Shown one piece after another: positions 13,641 to 27,323 of a stretch of 64,000 nucleotides of DNA. Position 1 is the first letter of the stretch; each line of letters starts with the position of its first letter. Origin of the DNA: Scenedesmus sp. PABB004 (lineage: Eukaryota). The DNA lies in assembly GCA_014905635.1 (NCBI GenBank), contig JABVCE010000033.1:124001-188000 (forward strand), written 5' to 3'. Under the pieces are notes generated by a model, which worked only from the letters and a program-made list of their open reading frames with translations, ran no database searches and was not told the origin of the DNA. Made by a program: the position numbers and the translations under genes.

Positions 13641-14209
13641 GCGCGGCGACTGAGCACGGCGACGCTGGCTGGGATGGGGGGGTCACGGGGTCGAGGCGCT
13701 TTACGTAATCGAGCGCGCGCCACGCGCGCTTGTGGCGAGCCGTGCAGTGCCGACGACAGCAACAGCTGAACAAACGACCGCCGCCACGGGTCGCTAGCCG
13801 ACAACAGGCAGGCGGGCGGGCAGCGTCACGGCCAACCGTGCGCGCAGCGCCCTCGCTCCCTGGCGCCCGCGGGCTCGCGGGGCGGCCAGTGCACGCGACC
13901 TGCCGCGGAGGCGTGATCAGGCCGGCCCGAGAAGTGCCACGCACGCGCGCAAATGCAGCACACAACCAACTGACAGCGCCGCCTGCTGCGTCCTCCTGCA
14001 GCCATCCCTCCCCGCAGCGGCAGCGGCGGCACACAGCACGCCGGCAGGGGCGAGCCCTGGCCGTGCGTGCTGCCGCTTCATTGATCGGCCGTGCGGCGGC
14101 GTCGCAGCGCAGCCGCGGCCCGAACGCCGGCGATCGCCCCCAAAGCCGTGCCCCACGCCCCTCCGACGGAGCTGTGTGGGTGGGTGGGTGTGTTTGGAGT
14201 TTGGACCGA

Positions 14210-15235
14210 TCACGCGCAGTGCACCTCGCGCCGCGTGCTCGGCACAGGGCGAGCGCCGGGCTGCGCCGGCGGCGCCGGCGCGGCGGCCGCGGCCGCGGCG
14301 GCCCGCTGCTGCTGCAGCGCCAGCAGCGCGTGGAGGCCGCCGCCCGCACCGGTCCAGGAGCCTGGCAGGCTGCCGCCGGCGTGGCCGCCGCCGCCGAGCA
14401 GCAGCGCGCTGCCGCTGCTGAAGCTGCTCGCGGGGCTGGCTGCGGCGCCGCCCAGCATGCCGCCGCCGAGGCTGCCGAGGCTGCCGCCGCCGAGGCCGCC
14501 CAGCAGCGCGCCGAGCGCGGCCGCGTCGAGCGCGGCGGGGCCGGGCGGCGCCGGCGCGGGGCCGCCGCCGCCGCCGCCGGCGCCGTCGGCGTCGTCGCCA
14601 AACGCGGCGGCGCTGTCGTCGTAGGCGTCGAATGCCTCGTCCTCGCCGTCGCGCAGCCCCGCGGCCTCCATGGAGCTGGACAGGAAGCAGGGGTGCACCG
14701 CGAGCTGCTGGTAGCGCTGGCTGCTCACGACGCGCACGTTGCTCGCCGCCCGCAGCGGCGGCGCGCCGCACCAGCAACGTTGCTCGCCGGGCGCGCCCGG
14801 GAGGCAGGCCTCGCACGCCGCAAAGCCGCAGCCGCCGCACACGGCGAACCCCGCCGCGCAGGCGGCGCAGGCCGCGCGCTTGCACGCGTCGCACGTGCCC
14901 GCGCACGCCTCGCAGAGCCGCGCGGGCGCGCCCTCGCAGAAGCAGCACCCCGTCGGCTTGCAGCCGCCGCAGAGCGCGCTGCAGTTGGCGCAGCCGCCGC
15001 CGAGGCCCGCGCGCCCGCCGTCGGGCGCGGCGCACGACGCGCAGAAGCGCCCGCCGCAGCCCGCGCACGCGCCGGCGTCCGCGCGCGCCGCGCCGCAGCC
15101 CGCGCACGCGGGCGGCGGGCTGCGCCCCGGCCAGGCGCGCGGCGCGGGCCGCGCCTCGCCCGCCGGCGCGCGGGGGCTGCTCGGGCGCGAGGAGATGGGC
15201 GTCAGCAGCGCCAGCTCGCCTCCGACCGGGGCCAT
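14210..15235 (-). CDS. Single-exon Cys-rich (multi-CxxC, putative Zn-binding) protein of unknown function, ~341 aa
   Basis: ATG 15235 (MAPVGGELALL...), about 11 CxxC motifs plus CWC, then an acidic patch and a Gly/Ala/Ser low-complexity tail. Codons are mostly G/C-ending. Confidence 0.7.
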   Translation of the reverse strand: MAPVGGELALLTPISSRPSSPRAPAGEARPAPRAWPGRSPPPACAGCGAARADAGACAGCGGRFCASCAAPDGGRAGLGGGCANCSALCGGCKPTGCCFCEGAPARLCEACAGTCDACKRAACAACAAGFAVCGGCGFAACEACLPGAPGEQRCWCGAPPLRAASNVRVVSSQRYQQLAVHPCFLSSSMEAAGLRDGEDEAFDAYDDSAAAFGDDADGAGGGGGGPAPAPPGPAALDAAALGALLGGLGGGSLGSLGGGMLGGAAASPASSFSSGSALLLGGGGHAGGSLPGSWTGAGGGLHALLALQQQRAAAAAAAAPAPPAQPGARPVPSTRREVHCA

Positions 15236-15844
15236 CGCCGCCGCCGCCGCGCTCCGCGCTGCTCCGCGCTCGCGACGGTCCGCCGCTTCGGCGCTCAGGG
15301 GCTCAGGCGTGCCGACGCCGGGTGGGCCATGCGCGCTGCGGGAGGGGCAGGGGACGGCGGGGCAAGGTGGTGCGAGGGAGAGTTGGAGGCCCGCCAACAG
15401 CAGAGCCCCCGCCGAAGCTGCCGGAGCCTAGGGCCCCCGGCCTCGCCTGCTCTGGCCTGGACCGTGAGAGCAGACCCCTGGGCCTGGGCGCGGCGCGCGG
15501 CCCCAGGCGTGCCGCAGGCGCGGCGCTGGCAAAAGTAATCGCGCCTCACCATACTCGCTCCGCGTTCCGAGTCCCCGGCGGTCCGCGCGGCCTAAGCGAG
15601 TCGCCGTCATCATCCCGCTGCCGGCGAGCACCCAAGCGTGCCGGCTCCGCGTGCACGGGCTGTTCGAGCTGCTCGCGCGACGCCGTCGAACCTGGGGGGC
15701 GCCCCCGGCCCGCGCTCGGGGACCTGGCGATGCGGGCGTGTGACGGCGCGCAGCGGCAGTGGCGGCGCAAGCGGGCGGGCGGGCGGGCGGCGCGCAGCGG
15801 CGGCGCGCTGCGGCACAACCCTGCTGCGCCCTCGGGCCGCACAT

Positions 15845-15849
15845 TTACA
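15845..15849 (-). promoter_or_regulatory. TGTAA polyadenylation signal (chlorophyte type)
   Basis: TTACA on the + strand at 15845-15849, ~140 nt downstream of the inferred stop at 15988. Confidence 0.6.
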
Positions 15850-15987
15850 CAACAGGCTCGCTCTTCGCGTCCAACTCTACACGCCCCAAGGCGTCGGCGA
15901 TCAGGCGACGCAGTGTAGCCGCCCGCCCGGCCTCGACCAGCCCCGCACCCCGCCCGCCGCCCCGCCCCCCGGCGGCGCGCCGGCGGC

Positions 15988-17545
15988 TCAGTCGAGCTTG
16001 CCGTCGCCGCCGCCGCCGCCGCCGCCGCCGCTCGCAGGCGCGCCGCCGCCCTCGCTCGCGGCGGGCGTGTGGAACGCGCTGGGGCCCTGGAACGGCGACG
16101 CCGCGCCGCCGCCGCCCGCCGCCGGCCGCGCTCGGCCGCGCGCTCGCCGCGGAGGAGCCGCCGCCGCTGCTGTACACGTTGCGGTAGGGCCCCGCGTACA
16201 CGCCCAGCGGCGCGGCGTAGATGCTGGCCACGCCCGCGGCGCCGAGGCCGCCGGCCTTGCCGCCGTACGGCAGCAGCGACGCGGCCGCGGACGAGCGGCG
16301 CCGGCCGCCGGGCCCCGCGCCGGCGAGCAGCCCCGCGCGCGCGGCGGCGCCCGCGAGCGCGCCGCGCGCGGCAAAGCCGGCCGCGCACAGCAGCGCGCAG
16401 AGCAGCGCGACGCCGCCGAGCTTGGCGGCGGCGCTCGGCGGCCGCGGGCCGTCGTCGGCCTCGGCGTCGTCGTCGTAGTCCTCGGGGTCGCGCACGTGGC
16501 GCTGCGGCGCGGGCGCGGCGTGCCCGTGCCCGTGGCCGTGCCCGTGCCCCGCGCCGTGGACGGCCGCCGCGTCGTGGCGGGGGTCGTGGTGGTGCTGGCC
16601 GGGCGGGATGGGGAAGGCCTTGCGGCAGGCGCGGATCTCGTCCGCGTTGGACGGCAGCCCCGCGACGACGGCCTCGGTGATGCCGTAGTGGGCCAGCAGG
16701 TCGTGGCGCAGCGCGGCCGCGTCGAGGCGGGCCATGGCCGCCTCCGCGTCGAGCAGCACGGCGGTGGGGTTTATGACGTCGTGCACGAGCAGGTCGGGGA
16801 GGATGACGACGTCCACCGCGAGCGGGTGCCCCGGGACGGGGTTTAGGGCCTTGACCTCCAGCACGCCGTCAGGCATGACGTCCCACAGCGCGTCGACGAG
16901 CGCGTCGGTGAACGCCTCGACCGCGGGGTGCGCCGCGTGCGTGCCGGTCGCCACGAGCGCCGCCGCGTCGTCGGCGTCGCCGCCGCCCGCGCCCGCGCCG
17001 TCGGGGCGGAGCCAGAGCTGCAGGCGGAAGGTGATGCGGAAGCCCCGCGCCGCCGCGTCGCCGGAGAGGGCCTCGAACGACGTGTCGCCGCCGGCGTGCG
17101 TGCCCGCGCCGTGCGCGGCCTCAAACTCGGCCGCGCCGACGCCCGCGCGGTGCGCCTGCGCCGCGATCGCCGCCTCGGCCACGTCCTCCGGCTCCGCGAG
17201 GCGCCCCGTCGCGGGGTCCACCACGCCCGGCCGCCGGTCCGCGAGCTGCGCGTCGAGCTCCGCGTCCGCGTCTGTCTCGACAAAGTGCGCGTACGCGGCC
17301 TCGCCGGCGCCCGGCGCGGCGTGGCTCAGCGCGCCCGCGCCCTTGAGCTGCGGCCGCGGCGCGCCGCCGTGCGCGGGCACCGCCGCGACGTGCGGGCGCT
17401 GCTGGCCCGCCGCGTGGCGCGGCGCGGTCGCCGCGGGGTGCACGTGCGCCGAGACCGCGGCGCCGCGCCGCGGCGCCGCCGCCAGCAGCAACGCCGCCGC
17501 CAGCAGCAGCGTCGTGCGCGCCGCGGGCGCGCTGCTGGAGCCCAT
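15988..17545 (-). CDS. Signal-peptide, His-rich, single-pass (type I) membrane protein; apparent 1-nt frameshift near 16116
   Basis: N-terminal LLLAAALLLAAA signal, an alpha/beta domain (FRITFRLQLWL...LAVDVVILP), a His/Gly-rich linker and a TM segment (LGGVALLCALLCAAGFAA). The likely C-terminus ...SPFQGPSAFHTP...DGKLD* is in the shifted frame. Confidence 0.7.
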
Positions 17546-18777
17546 GCTGCTGCTGCCTGCGCATGCGGGCGGCGGTGCGGCGGCGGCGGGCGCTCGCGTG
17601 AGGCGCGCTGTTCAAAGCGCGCGGCAGCTGGGTGACGCGCGGCGGCGCGCGCGGCGGGCGCCGCCAGCGCACGGCTCGCCGGGTGTGGTGCCTCCCGGGC
17701 TGCGCTGCTGCCGGCTTTGGCGCTGCTGCGGGGCGCTGCTGGCGACGCGCGCCGGCCTGCCGGCTCCCCCGCCCGCACCTGGCGCGAGGCCTGGGCGCTG
17801 CCAACGGCGAGGAAGGCGACCCGTAGAGCCTTCCTGCGGCTCCGCCCGGGCAAGCGGACGCTCCTGGCGCCCCGGCCGCGAGCTGATGCTACCCGCCCGC
17901 CGTTTGCCCGCGCACGGGCAACGAACGAACTGGGAAGGGCGGAGAGGATCGAGCACCGCAAATGGCGTCCGTGTGACGCGCGGAAGGGGCTGCAGGGACA
18001 GAGAACGCCGGCGCCAGGGCTCAACCGCCTCTCCAGGGCGCAAGCCGCGCGACCGCCGGTCGCGCGACCGCCGGTCGCCGACCGTTAGCTCGGCCCGAGC
18101 ACCACTAGCGTCGTGCGGCGTGACGTGCGTGCGTCACCCGCCCCGGCAGCATGCATCGCTCTGCGTCGCCGCGGCACTGCGCGGGGCCGAGTGCACGAGC
18201 GTCACCGGCCGCCGCCGTCGCTGCCGCTGCTGAGCGCGCGCACGGATCCGGGCAGTGAATTAACCCTCCCACTCATCAACCTACACGCGCACAGCAGAGC
18301 GTTGGGCGCCCCGCGTCGCTGCGGTGGCAGCACAGACGCGGGGGCCGGCTGTACAGTGGTTCGGCCTCCGGCGCGCGCCGCCTGTGCATGGCGCCAGGCG
18401 CCTGGAGCCGGCCGCGGCCAACACGGCAGTGAGGCATGGGCATGGGGTGCGAGCCAGAGCGGCGCCGCCTCGCTCACGAGAAAGCGTGCTACTATGACAC
18501 AGGGAGGAGCCACGAACATCAAAACCTTGGGCGCGACACGTCGCGGCGGCCGCAAAGGCGGGCGCCTGGCTTTTTATTGGATTTGGTCGCTTGCAGTACA
18601 ATGGCGGGCGCTCTCGCAGCGCCGCGCGCGCATCCCCCCGGGCGGCGGCTGCATGTCGCGTGACCGCGGCGGCGCGAATGGCGCAGCACGTCGGCTCACC
18701 AGCAGCCCCGCCCGTCCGAGCCCCCCCCCCTTCCCGCCCGAGCCCCGCCCCGTCCCGTCAGCGCGCGCCGCGCCGCG

Positions 18778-21621
<2,844 letters not shown>

Positions 21622-22056
21622 CGCAGCTGCGGTCGCTTTGCTTGCGTGCGGGGTGAGGGCGGTGCGGGGTGTGGTGTATGGGGAAGGGTGGAGGGAGGGG
21701 GTGTATATGCGCGCCACGGAGCGGCCGGCCCAAGCCAGGCGAGAGAGGCTTTGCTCAAGGGATTTGCACAGCGCGGCCGGCTCGCTACACCCCGGCACGG
21801 CCGCACCGCGACCGCTCGCGCGCTGCGCATGAGCCCAAAGCCGACCCCCTCGAACTCTCCGAGCGGCCGCGCGGCCGCTCCAGCTGCGTGGCGGCCAGGC
21901 CAGCCTGGCGCGGCGCGGCCGCCGCAGCTGCACAGCTCCCCCGCTCCCCAGTCCCGCGCGCCAGCTCTCTCAGCTGGTCGGAGGGGCTTCTCAGCCCCAG
22001 GGTGCCCCGCGCTCAGCCGCAGCCCGGCGTCGCAGCCAGGGACGGCGCGCTGCCGC

Positions 22057-22966
22057 CTAGCGGCCAAAGTAGCCGGCCGCCTGCGCGCCAAGGCTGGCCA
22101 GCTGGCTCGCGGCGCTGAAGAGGTAGTTGGTGACCACCGAGCCGTCGCCGACGAGGCACCTGCGCGCGTGGCGCGGCCCCGCCGCGTGGCGGCGCCGCGG
22201 GCGCGTTGTGTGAGGGGCGGCGGCGTGCGACGCGGTGCGGCGCGCGGCAACACGCGCTGCGGCAGCGCGCGGCAGTGCCGCCGCGCCGCCGCAGCACACA
22301 CATCATGAGGTCGGGCTTCTCCTTGAACGGGAAGACGGGCTCACCGCGCATGCAGTAGCCTGCGCCGGCGCGGCGGGGGGGGGGGGGGGGGGGGGGCGGA
22401 GAGCTCAGCGGCGGTGCGCGGCAGCACGGGCGGCGGGCGCGGCTGCGCCGGCGGGCGCGCTGCGCTGCGCTGCGGTCGGGGAGCGCGGCGCCAGCGCACG
22501 GCGGCGCTCGCCGTTCATGGCGGGCAGCAGGATGGGGATGTTGCTCGCGACCGCGTTGATCGGCGGTGCGACAATGTTGATGCCCGCGTTGACGGCCGGC
22601 GGGATCGCGCCCGCGATGGCCGCCGCGCCGCCGCCAAACTGGCGCAGCCCGCGCCCCGCGGCGGCGGCGCCGCCTGCGGCCGCGGCGGCGGCGGCGCGCG
22701 CGCGGGCCGCGCGTCGGCAGCCGGCGGGCGCGGCGAGGGCCGGCGGTTGGAAGCTGCACCGGCGGCTCCACACCGGCGTCCCCCGCGCGGCCGGAAGCTG
22801 CAGCGCAGCGCCCCCGAGCTGCCCGGGCGCGCCAGGACCGCGACGGCGCTGCGGGGGGCAGCCAGCGAGGGCTGCCCGGGCCGCCGCTGGCCTCGGCGCG
22901 GGGCGCCGCACCTGCTGCCAGGGCGAGAACGAGGGCCGCCAGAACCAGCTTGATTGGCCTGGCCAT
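22057..22966 (-). CDS. Small secreted protein / putative prepropeptide, 125 aa, 4 exons
   Basis: Exons 22966-22912, 22673-22512, 22359-22302 and 22159-22057 total 378 nt, in frame: MARPIKLVLAALVLALAAGGAAAAGRGLRQFGGGAAAIAGAIPPAVNAGINIVAPPINAVASNIPILLPAMNGYCMRGEPVFPFKEKPDLMMCLVGDGSVVTNYLFSAASQLASLGAQAAGYFGR*. Confidence 0.75.
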
Positions 22967-23445
22967 GGTGATGAAAGGCGTCCCACCGCACGCGCGCGAG
23001 CTGGGGACAGGCCGCGAGGCGAGGGGAGGCTCGTGGTGGGCGCGAGCTGGCCGCGGCGCTGCGCGGTCTGCGCGCGCGAGGGATGTGAGCTAGAGCTTGT
23101 GAGAGCTCGTGGCCGGTCGCGGCTGGCGCGATCGGGTCGGAGGGGGCGCGCGGCTCGAGGAAGGTGGCGCGGCGCACGCGGGAAAGCCTCCTGAGTCCCG
23201 ACGCGCGCCCGGCGTTCAGCGCAGATTCATCCTGCAGCTTCCACGGATGCGCTGCAAGCGCATGAGCAGGCCGCGCAGGCGCCGGCTGCCGTCGCGGCGG
23301 CTGCAGAAGCAGCGGCGCCGGCTGCAGCAGCGGCACTCATCGTCCAGTGCGTGTGCTGTCCCCTGTGCGACCGTCAGTCCCTCAGTGCGACAGACAAGCA
23401 CTCTCAGAGCTAGCGGGCCCCCCGCGAGTGCGCGGCGCGCGCTGT

Positions 23446-26400
23446 TCACAGCGCCGTGAAGAGCGCGACGAGCGCGGCGCCGGCGGCCGCGGCCGCCCAC
23501 GGCGCGCCGCGCCCCATGGAACCCGCGCCCGCGCGCGCGCGCGCCCGTGAGCCCCGGGGAGAGATCATACACGAGACCCGCGGCGGGGCAGGCCGTGGCC
23601 CCGAGGCTGAACACCGCCTGCGCGCCGCCCGGCAGCCGCGCCGCGGTGATCGCGACCGCGGGCTGCGCGCCGGGGAAGGCGCCCGCCAACGACGACCAGC
23701 CGCCTGCGCGGCGCGCGGTGCGGCGGCGGCCGCCCTTGTCGCCGCGTGCACGCGGCTGCCCCCGTCGGTCGCGCCGCGCAGCCCACGGGGCCCAGGGCGC
23801 ACCGTCGGCGTGCCACGTGACCTCGGCCACGCCCGCGGGGCAGGCGGGGTCCACGTCGTCGATGAAGCTCACGTTGCAGGCGGGGCCCTCAAACAGCGTC
23901 AGCCGCAGCGCCGCGCCGCACCCCGCGCGTCCGCCGGCCGCGAGGCCAGGGCACGCGGCCGCCGACACCGAGGCGTTCAGCGCGGCCGTGCCCGACAGCG
24001 ACCGCCCTGCGCGCGGCGGCGGGCGGCCGCGCGCGCACGGCGGGCGCGGCGGGGCGGGGCGGGGTGGAGCGCGCGCGCAGACACAAGCACAGCGTCCTGA
24101 GCCGGCGCGACGTGCCGCGCGCGTCGCCCGCACCCGCGCGGCAGGCGGCCAGGCGGTCCGCGAGCTCGCGGCTGCTGCCGGCGCCGAGGCGGGCCGCGAG
24201 CCAGCCGTCGACCGTGCCGTCCAGGCCGGCCAGGAACGACCGCTCCGCCGCGCCCTGCTGCGGCGGCGGGCTCGCGGCGGGCGGCGCGGGGCTGCTCGCG
24301 CTGCCGCCGCCGTCGCTCGCGTTAGCGGCGGCGGCGCAGGGGTGCTCCTCCAGGTAGCGGAGCGCCGCGAGCGCCTGCACCACGCCGTAGCCGTAGCTCG
24401 GGTCGCGCCCCGCGCCGCCGCGGTCGAGCGCGGTCGCCGACAGCGCGGCGCGCACGTCCGCGGCGGCGCAGCCGGGGTGCGCGCTCCACACCACGCCCGC
24501 GACGCCCGCGGCGTGCGGCGTCGCCATGCTCGTGCCGGAGAAGGCCGCCAGCGCCGCGGGCGCCCCCGCGCCGCAGGGCTCGAGCGTCGCGGCCAGCGCG
24601 CCGGGCGGCGCCGCCGCGAGCGCGGCCGCGACCGCGCGGCCCTGCACGAGGCTGATCGCAAACGCGAGCGGCCAGCCGCCCGGCGGCGCCGCCGCGCAGC
24701 CGCTGTCCTGGGGGTAGAGCAGGCTCAGGTCGTCGCTGTAGTACAGCGGCGAGCAGGGCGGCTGCGCGCAGTCGGCGCCGCCCGCGGGGTCGCAGCCCGC
24801 GCGCGTGTCGGCGGCGTAAAAGAGCGCCAAGCCAGCTGGCCGTGATCCACCTGGATCAGGCACACCGCGCCCGCCGCGCCGGGGCAGGCCGCGCCCGCTG
24901 CGGCGCCGCAGTCGGCCAGCGGCGCGGTCACGGGCGACAGCGACGCGCCGCCGGCGCCGTCGACGAGGTGCGGCCAGGGGTTGATCAGCAGGCCCGGGTT
25001 GTCGGCGGGCGGCGTGAAGGGGCTGAGGATCAGGCGGCGCTTGTCGAGGTTGTACGAGCTCGCGCACGCGGCGGCCAGGGGGATGGTGCTCAGCGTGCTC
25101 ACCCCCGGCGCGGCCCTGGCGCGGCGGCGGGGACAGCGCGGCGCGCCGCGGCGCGCGGCAGCCGATCAGCTGCCGGCGGGAGCGCGGGAGGCGCCCAGTG
25201 CGGCAGCGCGCGCACCACTCGACGTCCGAGTTTGCGTTGCTGAAGCTCGCTACCGCGAGGCTCCAGTCCACCGCGGCGACGCTGACGACCTCCGGAAACG
25301 CCGCGGGGTAGGTCATGGCGCTGGTGCCGTCGTTCCCCGCCGCGGCGACAAACAGGACGTCCCCCGGCCGCGCGCCGCCGATGTCCCGCAGCGCGGCGCC
25401 GAGCGCCGCGGTCGGCGCGCTCGCGTCGGCGGGGTCGCCGTCGGCGCCGCTCCACCCGAGGCTCATGCTGACGACCAGCCTGATGCTCGAGTCGTTGGCC
25501 GCCGCGCGGCGCTCGTCCAGCTCGGCGAGGCAGTCCTGCCAGCCAAAGATGAGGTCAGTCAGGTCCACCGAGTCGTTGGGACCGAACACGTTGATGCTTT
25601 CGGCGGGCGGGCGCCGCCGGGCGGCGGGCGGCGGGCGGCGGGCGGCGGGCGCGCGCTCGAGGGCCGCGCGCGCGGGCCACGCCCCCCCCCCCCCCCCCCC
25701 CCCGCGGCGCGGCAGGCGTGCGCCGCGCCGCACGCACTGGTACAGCTCCGCGCCCTCCGCCGACACGCCGACCACGCCGCTGGCGCCGCCGCGCGTGGCG
25801 GCGATCGTGCCTGCGCCGGCGCAGGCGGCGCGGTCAGCCTGGTGCTGCCAGCAGCAGCACCGGCGACGGCACCAGCCGCGCGGCGCCGGCCCCGCACCCG
25901 ACGTGTGCGTGCCGTGGCCCATCGCGTCGTCGTGCCAGGGAAAGGTGCAGTCGTGCGCCGTCCCGGTCAGCGGCCGCACCGCGCCGGGCGTGCAGCCGCT
26001 GGTCGAAGCTGCGCGGCGCGGCGGCGCGGGCGCGCGGGCGCGTGGGCGCCTGCGGCGCGGCGCGGCGGGCGCGGCGCCAGGGCAGCTGGCCGCCTGCGCG
26101 CACCGGCGCTGAACTCCGGGTTGCGCACGTCCAGCCCGGAGTCCAGGACGCAGAACACCACCCTGCCGCGGTCTGCGCGGGTGATGTTGACAACCTCGGC
26201 CGCGTCCGCCTGCACCGCGGCAATGCCATAGGGCACGCACTCGCCGTCGCGCCCGCAGTTGGTGCCGGGCGGCGAGTCCACGAAGCGCAGCGGCGAGCAC
26301 GCGGTGGACGCCGCGGCGCGCGCGCGCCGCGCCAGCGCGGCGGCCGCCGGCGCCTGCTCGCGCAGCGCGCGCCGCGCGCTCGCGCCCTCCGCGCGGCCGG

Positions 26401-26914
26401 CGAGCAGGCGCGCCCGCGGGATCTCGTGCACGCCGCGCACCGCGTCCGGCAGCACCGCGGCGAGGCGCGCCTTGGCGCGCGTGACCGCGCGCCGAGCCGC
26501 CGCGGGGCGAGCCGTCGCCGCGGCGCGCGCGCCACCGGGGCGCCGGAACGACGGGCCCGCTCGTTCACCGGGTGCCGCTGTGGGAGCCACGCTCGACTGC
26601 CCGGCTCCCGCCACCGGCGGCGGGGCCGCCCGGCCGCGCGGCGCGGCAGCCGCGGGCGTGCCAGGGGCGCCAGCCGTCGCGTCTGCCTCTGCGGCGGCGC
26701 GCACCGTCACCGACGTGGCTGGGTCCTCCACCACCAGGAACGACTGGGACTCGCTGCGCTTTTCCACGACAAAGCCCAGCCGCTCGTAGGCCGCCGCGGC
26801 CTTGGCGAGCTGCCCTGGCTCGACAGACACAAAGAAGGACGGCGGCGCCGCCGCGTGCGCCGCCGCCCCGAGCAGCAGCAGGCTCAGCAGCACGGCCCGC
26901 CACGCGTGCGTCAT
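23446..26914 (-). CDS. Secreted subtilisin-like serine protease (S8) with PA-domain-like insert; 3' end uncertain (23446 or 23216)
   Basis: Signal MTHAWRAVLLSLLLLGAAAHA, catalytic Asp FCVLDSG, His GHGTHTSG, oxyanion AAAGNDG and Ser GTSMATPHAAG, plus YGYGVV. There is a frame break near 24840. Confidence 0.9.
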
Positions 26915-27323
26915 GGCGGACAAAGCAGCTAGCTCACGGAGGAGTGGCAGGGCGCGATGGCGCGTGTGGAGCCCAAGGGCGCGCGGTCAACGCGCTCGCC
27001 ACGCGCGGCGGCGCATGCTGCTCGTTTGGCCGTTGCAGGGCGCTGAGCCGTGAGAGGCGGAGCTTCACACCCTCGCGCGACCGCGGGGAGGGCGCCTGCG
27101 GCGGCGCTGTGCCGCGGCGGTTGAGGCGGGCGCGGCGGCTGTGCCGGGCCCGCGCAGCACCACAGGCAACGGCCGCGCCGAGTTGCCCAGGCCGCCCACG
27201 ACTGATCAGAGCCGCAGTGCCGCCACAATGTGAACTGTCCCTGCCCCCGCCCGCGACCCCCGCCCCCCCCCCCCCCCCTTCAACCCCCAGCCGCGCGCTC
27301 GCCGCCGCCGACGACGGCGAGCG

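Noticed and set aside
17546..18777. Intergenic ORFs or possible transposon
   Set aside because: There are no transposase/RT motifs, terminal repeats or coding-like codon bias. It is likely promoter plus amidase 3' UTR.
22336..22346. Alternative GTGAG donor in exon 3 of the small secreted gene
   Set aside because: It would put the last exon in a frame with atypical codon usage. The downstream phase-2 donor gives the G/C-ending frame.
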